Below, one piece after another: positions 36,853-49,616 of a stretch of DNA of 64,000 nt. Position 1 is the first letter of the stretch. Each line of letters starts with the position of its first letter. The position numbers and the translations under genes are program-made. Under the pieces are notes generated by a model. The model made no database searches. It saw nothing but the letters and a program-made list of their open reading frames with translations, and was not told the origin of the DNA. Origin of the DNA: Ostrea edulis (lineage: Eukaryota); the NCBI RefSeq assembly GCF_947568905.1, contig NC_079169.1, forward strand, positions 72,974,001 through 73,038,000, in the 5' to 3' direction.

Positions 36853-39439
36853 TTTTTCAAGTATCGATAAATCCCGGTAACTTCCGAAAATAGCAGAAGT
36901 AACGTCTAGAACCGACACGGAGCGGACACGTTTTTTTACGGAAATAAAAAAAAAAAAACATCGCAATTTTTTGGCAAAAAAACTTTTGACCCGGGCCCTT
37001 TTTTTTGACCCGGTCGGGGCGAGGGGAAACAAACATATTTTTATTTTTGGCCTCAGGTAGAATGTACTTATTTGACATAACTTCACTGAATGTTGACTAA
37101 TTTTGAATAGGTTGACCTGGCTTATACATGTGACCTTGCATGTTATTACTTTAATAGTGACCCTGTATAGGTTGACTTAGCAAAATATGACTATACAACT
37201 AATTTACTAGATGATGCTTGTACAATCATCCGTATGGTAGTATACCGTTGCTCTAGTAACCCATAGTTTCCCAATTCACATCCACAGTTGTAGACAACAG
37301 TTGAAGATTACAACAAGTATTTATTTAAATTTTTCAACAATTTCTCCAAAACACGTTTTTTAAACCAAGTTTAGACATGAACGCTATTACACCGAGGATA
37401 TAATTTGAAATTTTGTTTGTTATGAAACCCCATTACAATCCGATCCGTATTAAAATCCCCTACTACACATTTTTGGGTTTCGTCAACATTTGTCTTCCAG
37501 TCCCCGACCAAGCGCCATGTTAATTTGATGCGAGGTACGTTCAGAATGATCATGCGAGAACGAACGGTTTGAGGGAACAAACGCTTTATTCGAGAACGAA
37601 CGGTTTACAGATGGGAACGGAGCGGTTTGAACTAAACCTACACTAAATCTACAAGCGTATTTACACCACAGACTACATGTTTTTGGTTTTGTCCATCAAT
37701 GTTAAGTGTGGAGCGAATCGGAACATGTTCTACAGTGTATTCCTCCAAAGAGTTGATCCACAATTGTTGTTTTGTCATTCTCTGTTATTAATATGTTGAC
37801 GGTGCTACCGTTTGAGCGAGCGCAGCTTCATGTATGTACATATTTTGTAATGCTCATGCTTTGATCAGATTCAATTTAAACAATATCTATTTCCCAAATA
37901 CTCATGACATGAATTTTCTCCCAGGGTTTTATATTAAAAATCATTAAAACGTGTATACATGAATGTGATTGGAATATTTTTATGTTATATATACATTTTA
38001 TTTCTGCTGCCTTCACTGTGAGTTGCTTAACCTTTGATGCACGACTTGTTCTGAACTATATGCTCTCAGCAATTGACTGAATAAAATTGCAACATCATTG
38101 ATTTAAACCCCTCTCCACTGTTGTTGTGAGGATACATTAATTAAGATTAATTCACAAAACTAGAATTAATTAATGATTTTTCAGTAGTTAATATCAAATG
38201 GCATGGTTGGTTATCATGAAGGGGGGGGGGGGGGTCGTGGTCTGGATTACTGGACATGTTTAAAGACAATGGATTCAAGCATTCATTATTTTTAGTCGCC
38301 AAAAAAACCAAACAAACAAACAAAAAACAAAAAAAAAACCCAATGATTTTTAAAAAATGTTTTCAATCCGACCGAATTCCATCGATTTTTTGTAATTTTT
38401 TTTAAATAGTACTAATTCAGTATCTGTGCTCCCTCACACGATGAATAAAACATTCCTATTGAGAATTTAGTATTTTAATAAGATTTGTGGTTTGCAGTCG
38501 ATTATACACAATTTGTATCCGATGCCATCTTACGTAAATGTTTACGTATATTCAATATTGTCCCGGTAGTATGACTTTTACAAATGGAAATATCAAGTAC
38601 GTATTTAGATCCGCCACTGTCAGTCTTATTATGACGTCGTCAAAACGTAGACATGACGTCACGCATCATCTTAGCCTGCCTTTCATAAACATTGCACTTC
38701 GTTAAACATTTCACCTAATGGTACACTGGATTTTGAAGCTAAGAGGACACAAAATTAGAATGATAATCCACGTAAGTTCACAATCATATTCCAAGGTGTG
38801 ACTTTGCGAGATCTCAGCCATTTTTGACAAGGGACTTCTGGGATTGGCGTAAAAAAAATTTCCTTGTTAGAGGTTCAAACTCCCCGTCGAGGCCTCATTA
38901 CGTCACCTACGAATAGACCTCTCCTATGTGACGCAGCACAATATACAGATTTGTATATTGTGAGTCCGCGATTATCACGCAGGCAAATAACACTAAAGAA
39001 GTAGTTCGCAGTTAAAAGTTTGAAAATATTGATATTAAGAGCATTAATATAAAAGTATGGATTTTATTTTAAACATAAAATGATCAAAAGATCATTAAAA
39101 AGTAGGGAGACTCTGTTCAAATTATTGTGTAAAGTAATGAACTTGATGTTTACGTTCTTGTTTTGAAAGTTGTTTACGTTTGACGTTATGTTTTTTCGTC
39201 ATTCTACAGTGACGTCACAATATACGCGGCCTAAGAAATCGCTATCCCATAATGCCTAAGTGGAAGAGTTTGGTTTGTGAGCAAACGAACTCTGGTGGAA
39301 GTTTGGTTAGAGGTTTAGATTTAGCTCGGATTATTTCCCGCGCTCTAGTCATTAGAGCTCGCAGTACGAGCCAGCGCTTCGGCTCGCTATTATGTAAACC
39401 TTTTCGTTTGTTCTGAGGAAGTGACGATTTGACAATCTG

Positions 39440-41563
39440 GGTCTGGTTTCTCGAAAGCTGGTTAACTTTAACACAGTGTTAACTTGGTGTTAACTTCTGT
39501 GTTAAAGTTAACCATGTGATTAACTGTTTTTCAAAATGCGAGTGTGCGTTAACACTGTGTTAACTTTAATCTCCAGGGCCCGGTTTTTCGAAAGCTGGTT
39601 AACTTTAACACAGTGTTAACTCGGTGTTAAATTCAGTGTTAAAGTTAACCATGTGATTAACTGTTTTTCAAAATGCGAGCTTGCGTTAACACTGTGTTAA
39701 CGTTGTGTTAACTTTAATCCACCTCCAGTACCTGTGTTAAGTCTTAACACAGTGGTTAAAAATGGCCGCCGACTTCATTTTCTGTCCGCCTCAGACCAAA
39801 AATCATGAAAATTTCAAAGGCTCAGACATTCTGAGGTGTGTATTGATGCTGAACTCTGACGGTGTGTTGTTTATGTTGTCATAAATAGATATATTCGTCA
39901 AATCTCATGGAATTTACCTAAGGGGAACAGCTAATGGAAAAAACTAGTACAGTTGGATGATGGTGTTACATTTTTCTGTCAGTGGCAATATCTTGCACGC
40001 ATCTATATAGATACTTTCGGCATAAGCTTTCAATAAGGGGGGGGGGGGGGGGGGGGGTCAATAAAACTCGTATTGTATTCACTAATATGAAATCCTGCAA
40101 CAGGACCCATGCTGTAATTTTACCCATTTTTTGGCTTCCAAATGTCAAAGTGCATGCAGGCCCTTAGGCCATGATGATGATCTCCATTGAAACACCAACT
40201 TTAAAAACACTACGTCTGCACTGGCCTTGACCTTTTGAAAATCCCTTGTATCATTTAAAACTGATTCAAATGATGATTTGCATGCATGAAACGTACACAT
40301 ACATGTATTTTCTTTTTTGAAGACTATCTAATATGAACAGTATTCTATTCAGGCTAATACAGAATAGTTGTTAACACAAAGTTAGGAAGAAGAGTTTTTC
40401 ATTGTTGATATTCCAGATTAATCTCCCCTAGTAGAAATGGAGTGGTGGATCAAGTGTTATGTTTAAAATAAAAAGAATATTAAAATAAATAAATGCATAA
40501 AAAGAACATAGATATTAAATGCTATAGATATGTATGTGAAGAGACTATCATAAGGTAAATTAATTTATCATTTTCTTCATGAATATTTTTAACTGTTTTG
40601 GAGAAAATAAGAGAAAAAAGTTAGAAATTCTTAGAAATTTAGAATTTTTTATAGGCTAGCACAATCTTTAAAACCCTCCCATAAATTTTGTCCAATTATG
40701 AATCAAACAATATAGAAAACCATATGTTTTATTTCCTAGTTCTAAACATGTAGCTCCCCACCCCCTTATTTCCGACAACATACGTACTGTTATTTTTACA
40801 CGCAAAATCTGACACCACCCTTCCCCGCTTTTTCATATCATAGCACTAGTGATTGGTAGTTGAAATGTAAGCTTGAACTGAACCCGTATATTTTACTGAT
40901 AAAGGATGAAACCGACCCCCCCCCCTCCCCCATCACGCAACTTAGGATTTTAGGGTCGGTCCGTACAGAACAACTCATTTTAGGGGTGTATGTATAAATT
41001 ATTTTGTTTTGGCTTGTCAAGTATTTTCAGACAATTGTGAAGTCAACTTGTTCGACTCCCTATACCCCCCCCCCCCCCCCACCCCCACTTTGATAAACTA
41101 TGCAATGAGTCTGCTTTCTACAACATAATCACCGTTTTCTCAACTAGGCTTCTAAAGGCTTAGTATTTATCATTATATAATGCTTTAATACCTCTATGAT
41201 TATTCAAATTGAACAGACTAATGAATGCCTTTATACAAGTATAAGTGCATGTCTCACAGTCACTGTCATGAATTTCGAAACTAACCAATACATGAACATT
41301 TCATCAACCATCTCCCACAAACAAGACTTTTATTTACTCCTGCATTCTTATTGTTTACATAGGAAGTACATGTGCATTATGGGCAATCAAATGATTAGCA
41401 AGTGGTTAACTCGGTTAACACAGTGTTAACTAACCAATGTGTTAAATTGCTTTCGAAAAACAGAATTTAACCATTGTGTTAGCTAATCACTTGGTTAGGA
41501 GTTAACACTGCGTTAAACTTAACCACTGTGTTAAAGTTAACCAGCTTTCGAAAAAACCGGGCT
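39440..41563. mobile_element. PIF/Harbinger-like non-autonomous element with tandem-duplicated left end
   Basis: GG(T/C)C(T/C)GGTTT..CGAAAGCTGGTTAACTTTAACACAGTG at 39440 and 39577; inverted match ends at 41563; CTG flanks at 39437-39439 and 41564-41566. Confidence 0.65.
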
Positions 41564-41692
41564 CTGGTTGTTTGTGTCGTTGGTTATTTGAGTGCTTTGT
41601 ATATATTTTTTTATTTGACCTTGTATCCACGTTGTGGATCCGACACTTCATTTGTTTTTTCCTCATTTACGTTAACTGTTTATCACATTGAT

Positions 41693-41733
<41 letters not shown>

Positions 41734-41846
41734 ATTTGATATTGAAAATATTCAGGATAATATTCAGGAAATCGTTTTAAAGAGGCATGACCATCAGTCG
41801 TATTAAAATGCTAAATCAAAACGAACTAATTTATCAACTGCTTAAT

Positions 41847-44800
41847 TCAAAACTCCTTGAATGCAATCACAAACCTCAAAATGTCAAATAGAGCGATAAA
41901 AAGACCCCAGATAATTATTATCGTAATTCCCACATAACCGATTCTAACGGACGACGGTCGATAGTCGGGCGCACTTGTTAGCTTCCTGGTAAAGGCCGAT
42001 AATTTCCGAACGTCCAGTTCCAGATCCAGTTTTCTTGTAGCTATGCGTTCGGAGACAGTTGTGTTTGTTTCCTTACAGACACACGTGCAATATGAAGATT
42101 TAAAGATGGGGCCGATTGTCGTTGCTTCTATCTCTGTAGTTCTCTTTTGAGATGTTGTTTGAGTAGTTGTTGTTGTTGTTGGAGATTCCAATGAAACAAG
42201 ACCGTGTTGTTGTGTTCCTGCCGATGGGATAGTGGTCCCTATCTCTGTAGTTGTCTTTTGAGATGTTGTTTGATTAGTTGTTATAACCGGTGTTGTTATA
42301 ACGGCACATACAGTATCATCTGGCATTGAAAATAGCTCTAAAAGATACAAATCGACTTTTTATTTCAAAGCTTTGCTTATTTCTATCATAACAAGGGGTG
42401 AATCAAACTGGATGTTCCTTTTTAGTTTAAATCGAAATTGTCGGAAAACTTCAAGAAAGAATATTTTTCTTATCTAAGCTGCAATTTGTAATGCAAAGAG
42501 AAAAACTAAAACGGTGCACATTGACGGTAAATGCAGCTAAATAACAACTTCTAAAATATCTCGGTGTAGAATAGATTATGCACGGTGTATTCTTCACATA
42601 CGTCAATATCATTTTCTTCGATTTCTTAGCTCACCGGAGTCACGTATTTAGAGAAACATTGCTATCTGTTTTCTTCCGTCGTTGTACGTCGTACGTAAAC
42701 TTTAGAATATTTTTAGTTTCTTCATTTGAGTTGAACCAATTCCAACCAATTTTGGAATATAACATCTATGGGTAAGGGGAATGAAAATTGTTAATTCCTT
42801 GGACCCTGCCTCCCTTGGTCTCGAGGGGTGTGACCAAAACCATCAAAATTATGCAATCTTCAAAACACATTTTACTCCATGACACCAAGCAGTCAAAACT
42901 TTTACACGATTATAATATTGATAGGCAATGAGTCTTGTATACTTGTGAAACTGATGACCCCTAGCTTTAAGTCTCAGGTTGGGCATAAGTTGACCATATA
43001 TTCAAAATGTATTTATATATCTTGGAAAATTTTCCTTTTTTTACTTTTGGACATTAAGGAGGCAAATGTTTGCATGATTATAATGACTACTCAATGTTCT
43101 ACCAAAATTGTGAAATTCATTACTCTTGGGTTTAGGCCCCAGGGTTGCACTAAGTTGGTTATATATTGAAAATTGCGTTATTCATATTTCAGAAACCTTT
43201 TTAAGCTTCTGGACATTAAAGAGTTAACATTTTTACAACATTTCGTTATCACATATGTCGGTCTCTGAACTGATTCGATACGCGAGAGCATGTTCTGCAG
43301 ATGATCAATATTTGAACAGATTACTGACATATAAGTTGATGTTACATGGGTTTCAACAGTCTCTTTTAAAGTCAAGATTTTTCTAATTGTATGGTCTAAT
43401 TTACAAATACAAGGTGTCACTGGATCGAATGCTTCCTGACGTGTTTCACACTTATTGTTAGGCCGTTCATTATAAACTGATTTTAACAACGGGTTACTCC
43501 CCCTTTACCAGATTAAAATATATGTTTCACGGTGTGTATGAACGTTCAACAGAGGATGCTTGCTCCTCTTAGGCACTTATCCCACCTCTGGTAGGTCCAG
43601 GGTCCGTGTTTGCCCTTCTCTTAATTTTGTATTCTTATAGGATTTATGAGATTGATCACTGTTCGTTATCACAACTTGTTCATGATTATAATGATTACTT
43701 AATCCTTTACTAGTTTGTGAAATACACGACCCCTCGGTTTAAGGCACTGAAATTTTCTTCACTTTTGGACATTAAGGAGGCAAAATGTTTGGATAATCAT
43801 AATGAGTACTCAATCCTCTATCAAAATTGTGGAATTCATAACCCCTGGATTTAGGGTTCAAACCCCAGGGTGTAACTAAATTGGTCATACATGTACATTG
43901 AAAATACATTGTATCTTAGAGAACAACTTCTTTATTTCTGGACATCAAGGAGGCAAATTATTTACATGATCATAATGAAAGGTGAAGATAACGAACAGTG
44001 ATTAATCTCATAACTCCTATAAGCAATACAAAATAGATAGTTGGGCAAACACGGACCCCTGGACACACCAGAGGTGGGATCAGGTGCCTAGGAGGAGTAA
44101 GCATCCCCTGTCGACCGGTCACATCCGCCGTGAGCCCTATATCCTGATCAGGTAAACGGAATTATCCGTAGTCAAAATCAGTGTGCATTGAACGGCCTAA
44201 CAGTCGGTATGAAACACGTCAGACAGCATTTGACCCAATGATAGGTTGTATTGACGAACTAGATCGTTATACTGACCATAGGATTTGCTAACTTCAATCG
44301 AGACTGTTGAAACCCCTGTATCATCAACTTGTTTGTCAGTAGGCTGCCTCGATTTAAAAACTGACTATACACAGAACAAGATCTTGCGTATCGAAGCAGT
44401 TGAGAGATATAAACACCATATGCAGGTGATAATGGAATATTGCTACATAAATATGGGAAGTTGACGATGGAGAAGCTGAAATCATCCCGTTTGTCATACA
44501 ATTGAGTTGTCAGTTTACCGTTAATTTAATGAACACTGAATTGTCTACTAAAATTGTGAAATTTGTGATTCTGGGTTCATATGCTATTATCATTGCATTA
44601 ACAAGCAAGCATGGATTTTTCAACTGAATATTAATAAAATATTCGTTTTGGGCCCTTTTGGTAAATTACTTAATAATATGTTAGAACGAACGTAACACTA
44701 ACAAAGACTTTATCAACATATACATGTAACCCTTTTTTCCTTACCAGAGGCGCATATTTTCTCTGAAAAGGTCCACTGCGGCGAGTGGGGTAGGTCTGTA

Positions 44801-44975
44801 CGGCTTTTAGTGCTAGACATAAAGCAAGTGTCAGTGACATTGTTATATCCAAAACCTTTACAGCCTCCTGACCCCGTACACATCGTCTCACACTGGGAAT
44901 AGGATTTAGGACCGTGCTGTTGAAAGGACATCGACTGCCTGCTGCATAAGTACTTTTGGTAGGCTTTCACGCATC
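41847..44975 (-). CDS. PAN/apple-domain, Thr-rich mucin-like stalk, single-TM membrane protein (3' exons; first exon not identified)
   Basis: Symmetric phase-1 exon 44975-44745 (C..SYSQCETMC....CKGFGY......C, PAN Cys pattern). Last exon runs from about 42337 or 42319 to 41847: T-rich stalk, CTCVC, RKLTSAPDYRPSS, hydrophobic TM segment. Confidence 0.7.
43180..43683 (+). mobile_element. Highly degraded Penelope-like 3' fragment
   Basis: Diverged match to the PLE RT C-terminus and 3' UTR (GGATGCTT.CTCCTC.TAGGCAC...GAGATTGATCACTGTTCG). Confidence 0.7.
43975..44522 (-). mobile_element. Penelope-like 3' fragment
   Basis: ORF YDKRDDFSFSIVNFPYLCSNIPLSPAYGVYISQL plus a well-preserved 3' UTR. Confidence 0.85.
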
Positions 44976-45405
44976 CTATTGGTAATCAATTTTGTCGTAA
45001 TTCATGAAATCACACAAATACAAATTTCAAAGTCATTTTTTAATATCAATATTTCACCGCGTCTGTCTCTTGTCTGTAAACTTTTCACAATTTAACCTTC
45101 TCAAAAACCGATTTCAACTAAACCTGCATTTAAAAATAAAGGACGACGCTTTCGCATTCGTGAAAATATATCTTTTTAAAAATCCTGTCTCACTCGTGAA
45201 ATAAATTCTATATCCAACAACAAAACTTTGAATATCATCTACAAATGCAGGTAAAAGTAAATGATATGGATATGATTGTCGTTACCTGTCATAGAATAGC
45301 AACCTTAATCTTGGCAGAGATTCGTTTCGGCTGGACATTTGGACCGACGTTCATAATTTCCATTCAGCTTCAGCCGGTTCTAGCAATTATTGTGTACTTT
45401 AAAAG

Positions 45406-45548
45406 AGGTGGCACGGCCGTTCACTTTGACTTTTAACTTTCTGTCACTAATTATGCTATATTGCTTACCGTATAACTATGAAAATAAAAACAGTTACTAA
45501 ATTTTACATTCAAATAAAGACTCCCGTGAAGGAACGGCAGTGCCACCT
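45406..45548. mobile_element. Small MITE
   Basis: AGGTGGCACGGCCGTTC ... GAACGGCAGTGCCACCT with AAG on both flanks. Confidence 0.5.
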
Positions 45549-47760
45549 AAGTGCACAATAGTTGCTAAAGCCGACCGAAGCTCAATATAAATTGAAGAAG
45601 GACTGCTCCAAGATTCGGTGAAGTCCAAATATCCAGTCGAGCGGAATCTCACCTGAGATTATAGCAACCTCAACAAAGTTCCCGATATACGGGACAATGA
45701 TCTGCCTTTGGTGTTTTTTGTTTTTTTTGTTTTTTTTTGAAATTCGAGTTGTGTTCGTGGAACACCTGTAAAATTATATTATTTGAAACAAATAGAAAAC
45801 CTGCGAGCCATTCATATGACAGTACACATTGTATAATGTCATAATAATAATATGTGGCATTTAATGTGCGGCATTTTTTTTTTATAATGTAGTTAAAGTA
45901 AAACACGAAATAGGTATATAAATAAACTGATGTGGAATGTATGAGCACTGAATCATTTAGAAAATGAGAATCAATATTTTCTACAGTGGGAAACGAGTAA
46001 AATGTATATTTTTACCTGTTGGGTAGGTAAACGCAATGCAATGTAGTACCACCAATAGTTGAAAAATTGCCTGCTTTGTCTGAAATGTTTAAGGTAAAAT
46101 CTACTTTACAATTAATATCCTATCGGCAAAAATTACTGCTTGTCGTTTGACCACATCACAAATGTGGTGAATTTACTATATACTTTCGCAATACTTGTAC
46201 CTATGTTCCATCAGAAGTGGTCTATTCGATTTATTAACGATGGACGGTATAGGTAAGTAGCTCACAGTCACATGCACTTATTAATAAAGTATATATACGT
46301 GATTTTCTTCAGTGCAGTCTGGCGCTATGATTATGTTTTACAGTGAGAAACGTTGTTTTGATATTACGATCTCCAAAGACTGTGGAAAATTTATGTCGAA
46401 GAATTAAGTCATTCCTAAACCACGGATCCAGTTGACCATGCTCGACAAACACAGCAATAAACACCACATTCAATCTGTACACCGCAAACAAGATGTACAA
46501 GGGATTTAGCCGAGACCTAAAAACTATTGCGTAATAAACAGTGGCTCGTACAACAGGATCTTGCTGTAAACAAAATCTTATTTATGTTTCTTATTCAGTA
46601 ACAGTGGCTTTACTGCGGTCCCGTGATTGTGCGTGTTTATAGGTGGAGAAGCTATCATAAAACTACTGATTATCAATTCGAAGTTTTACAAAAGATGTTC
46701 TTCATGATTGCGGACAAGGAGAGTCCAGTACGCCATAATAGGCAGCTGAAGTTTACAGCCCCTGAGTGTCCTTGTCTATTATATTCAAATATTATAATAA
46801 AACGGATATTTGCAAGATATCACCCAGTTTCTTGAACCTTAACGGTTATGTCTAGTATGTAATACCTTTAGTGGCTCGGCTCTAAAACAAACGGAATCTG
46901 CTATAAAAAAAAATTAAAATATATACAGATCATGTATTCAAGCTACGAAATTATGCAGAATTGATTATTTTTATGTGGACAACGACTGAAAATAGGTTCG
47001 AAAAGGTAATGAATATTTGAAATCACCTAGTGAAAATAAAGCGGAGAATTAATGACATCAAAATTCTTACGTTTTTAGGCATTTTATAATTCCCAAACGT
47101 ACAAAATGTTGTTAGCTTGGGAGGTTTTAAAATTCGCAATGGCCTACTAAAAAATTCAGCATCCTCGAAAGATCTTTAATGTACATGTAATTGATGAAGT
47201 GATGCACGCAACTATTAACGAATATTGACTTTACTAACATCTTTGTGTTAGAAATAAAACCACGACTCTTTGCAACTCTGGAAAGTAGACCAAATTCGAC
47301 TTTTAATTTGAGCAAATATTTACCTCACTCTTATCTCCCATTAAAGACAAAATAATCGGTAATCGCTGACGGCACTAATAGTTACTAAAGTCTACCGCAT
47401 TGTCTTGTCAAAAAACGTTTCCGCAAAGTGTTGAAAATTTTGATCACATGAAGTAGCTATAGAATACATTTGCTGTATTAAAAAAAGGGCTGTGGGCGAA
47501 GTATTTGTTATCTCTCCCTGTATTCAAATTGGACAAGATGTTACATTATGGCGATAACTTTTCGATTGTAATACATTGAAAACTATTTACACCCTAATTT
47601 GGGGACTACATTTTACTATTTTGTAGATTTCATGAACATTGTCACAAGTTTGGTGACATAATATTTATTTGTTCTAAAGAAGTCAATTTTTGTCAAACCT
47701 AATCAGAAGCCAGGAGGGCCATCTTGTAGGAATGCCGTAATTTAACGTGAATGCAATTAC

Positions 47761-48420
47761 AACACACAAATACCGTAAATATTTGTGTACCCACTCCAGT
47801 TAACAACACACAAATACCGTAAATACTTGTGTACCCACTGCAGTTAACAACACACAAATACCGTAAATACTTGTGTACCCACTGCAGTTAACAACACACA
47901 AATACCGTAAATACTTGTGTACCCACTCCAGTTAAAAACACACAAATATCGTAAATACTTGTGTACCCACTCCAGTTAACAACACACAAATACCGTAAAT
48001 ACTTGTGTACCCACTCCAGTTAAAAACACACAAATATCGTAAATACTTGTGTACCCACTCCAGTTAACAACACACAAATACCGTAAATACTTGTGTACCC
48101 ACTCCAGTTAACAACACACAAATATCGTAAATACTTGTGTACCCACTGCAGTTAACAACACACAAATACCGTAAATACTTGTGTACCCACTGCAGTTAAC
48201 AACACACAAATACCGTAAATACTTGTGTACCCACTGCAGTTAACAACACACAAATACCGTAAATACTTGTGTACCCACTCCAGTTAACAACACACAAATA
48301 CCGTAAATACTTGTGTACCCACTCCAGTTAACAACACACAAATACCGTAAATACTTGTGTTACCACTCCAGTTAACAACACACAAATATCGTAAATACTT
48401 GTGTACCCACTCCAGTTAAA
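47761..48420. repeat. 44-bp minisatellite, about 15 copies
   Basis: Unit AACACACAAATACCGTAAATACTTGTGTACCCACT(C/G)CAGTTAAC. Confidence 0.95.
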
Positions 48421-49616
48421 GTGAACTGATCTTTTCACAACAAGAACGGTCACCCTTAAGTCGGAGAGTCTTTTCAAGTGAAGTTAGATCATGCAATAAA
48501 CTTTACAGTATCTGAAATATAATCAGGAAACCACGGTGTTGCACACAGACAGACACTTGATTGACAGACGGATGGCCAGACCCAAATGAATATACTATGA
48601 TTTCGCTAAAGCGGTGATACAAATTAAAACTTTATGAGTTCCATTTTTATTATATCTCAAGGAATTGTACCACGGTTATTGCAGAGATAAGAGAAATGCA
48701 GCGTTCATTATTCTCCAATAAATACCGATCAATGAACAGATTATCAGAACATATTCAACGTCCAGAAGAAAAAAAATATATGGGTTGAAAATGTAATACT
48801 TCTTAAGGTCATAGCGGTTTCACGTATTCGACCTGATTATGACATTGTTTATTGCCTTAAAACAGGTGTTAAATGTCTTTTATGACTTTTCCACGACCCT
48901 ACATACTGTTTTACACTAATACAACAATAAAATCGATAACTGATAAATTTATTCAATTATCATCAAAAATATTCAATGTATGTTACAAACAAATTTATGA
49001 ATGACCGAAGAATGTTTGACATTAAAAAAAACCACCTGTCGGTGAGATTGATACACATGTTAACAAACATGGAGATGTACAGGCAAGTTGACTCACAGTA
49101 TCTGTTCATGAATTAATGTTCTTGCGATTTGGAGTCTATGAGTCATTTCGCGAAATTAAGTACTCGCGTAAAATGAGGAATCAAACGTATGGTGGACGGG
49201 ATGAAAATGTATTTTACGTCATCTTAAAATAAACAATATATTCACCTTATATTATTTGGGTAATCCCAAAGTATTATGATGTGTTATAATGAACTCAACT
49301 TTATGACAAACGGGATGATTTCAGCTTCTCCATCATCAACTTCCCATGTTTATTGTAACATATGAGACCTTTCATGTTGAAGTATGTCCATTCTGGATAA
49401 GATTTATTACAATTATTGTACTTGATTCTAAATTATTTTATCAAGCTTAAGCAGCATGTATTATGTCTTGTTTTAACTCAGATTTTGTTCACATAACTTA
49501 TAGTCATACCGTTCGTGTTTTGACAACATCCCCCATTTTGGATCATTTGTGTACAAATTTTATTCTTTAAATTCCTTCGCAAAATACGGCAAAAAATTTG
49601 TACACAATAAGGTACA

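Larger units (their letters stand above)
29489..37052 (-). mobile_element. Full-length Zator-superfamily DNA transposon (7564 bp)
   Basis: TIRs GGCCACAATTAAAAGAATGTTTGTTTCCCCTC and GGCCAAAAATAAAAATATGTTTGTTTCCCCTC (reverse complement at the right end); TCA duplicated at 29486-29488 and 37053-37055; encodes a TP36/Zator-type DDE transposase. Confidence 0.85.

Noticed and set aside
36853-37086. N-terminal 78 aa of the 248-aa ORF 36340..37086
   Set aside because: It reads through the TIR and A/T homopolymers from outside the element; the plausible start is ATG 36852.
23204-38618. AGTGGCGGATCTAA (23204) and its reverse complement (38605) as TIRs of a 15-kb element enclosing the unknown gene
   Set aside because: Only 14 bp match, there is no target-site duplication, and it is a common MITE end motif; these are probably independent remnants.
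44195-44235. Hammerhead in the PLE 3' region (GAAACACGTC)
   Set aside because: No upstream CUGANGA or stem II.
45245-45400. First (signal-peptide) exon of the PAN gene
   Set aside because: The GT donor near 45282 has a stop in the required phase and no hydrophobic leader.
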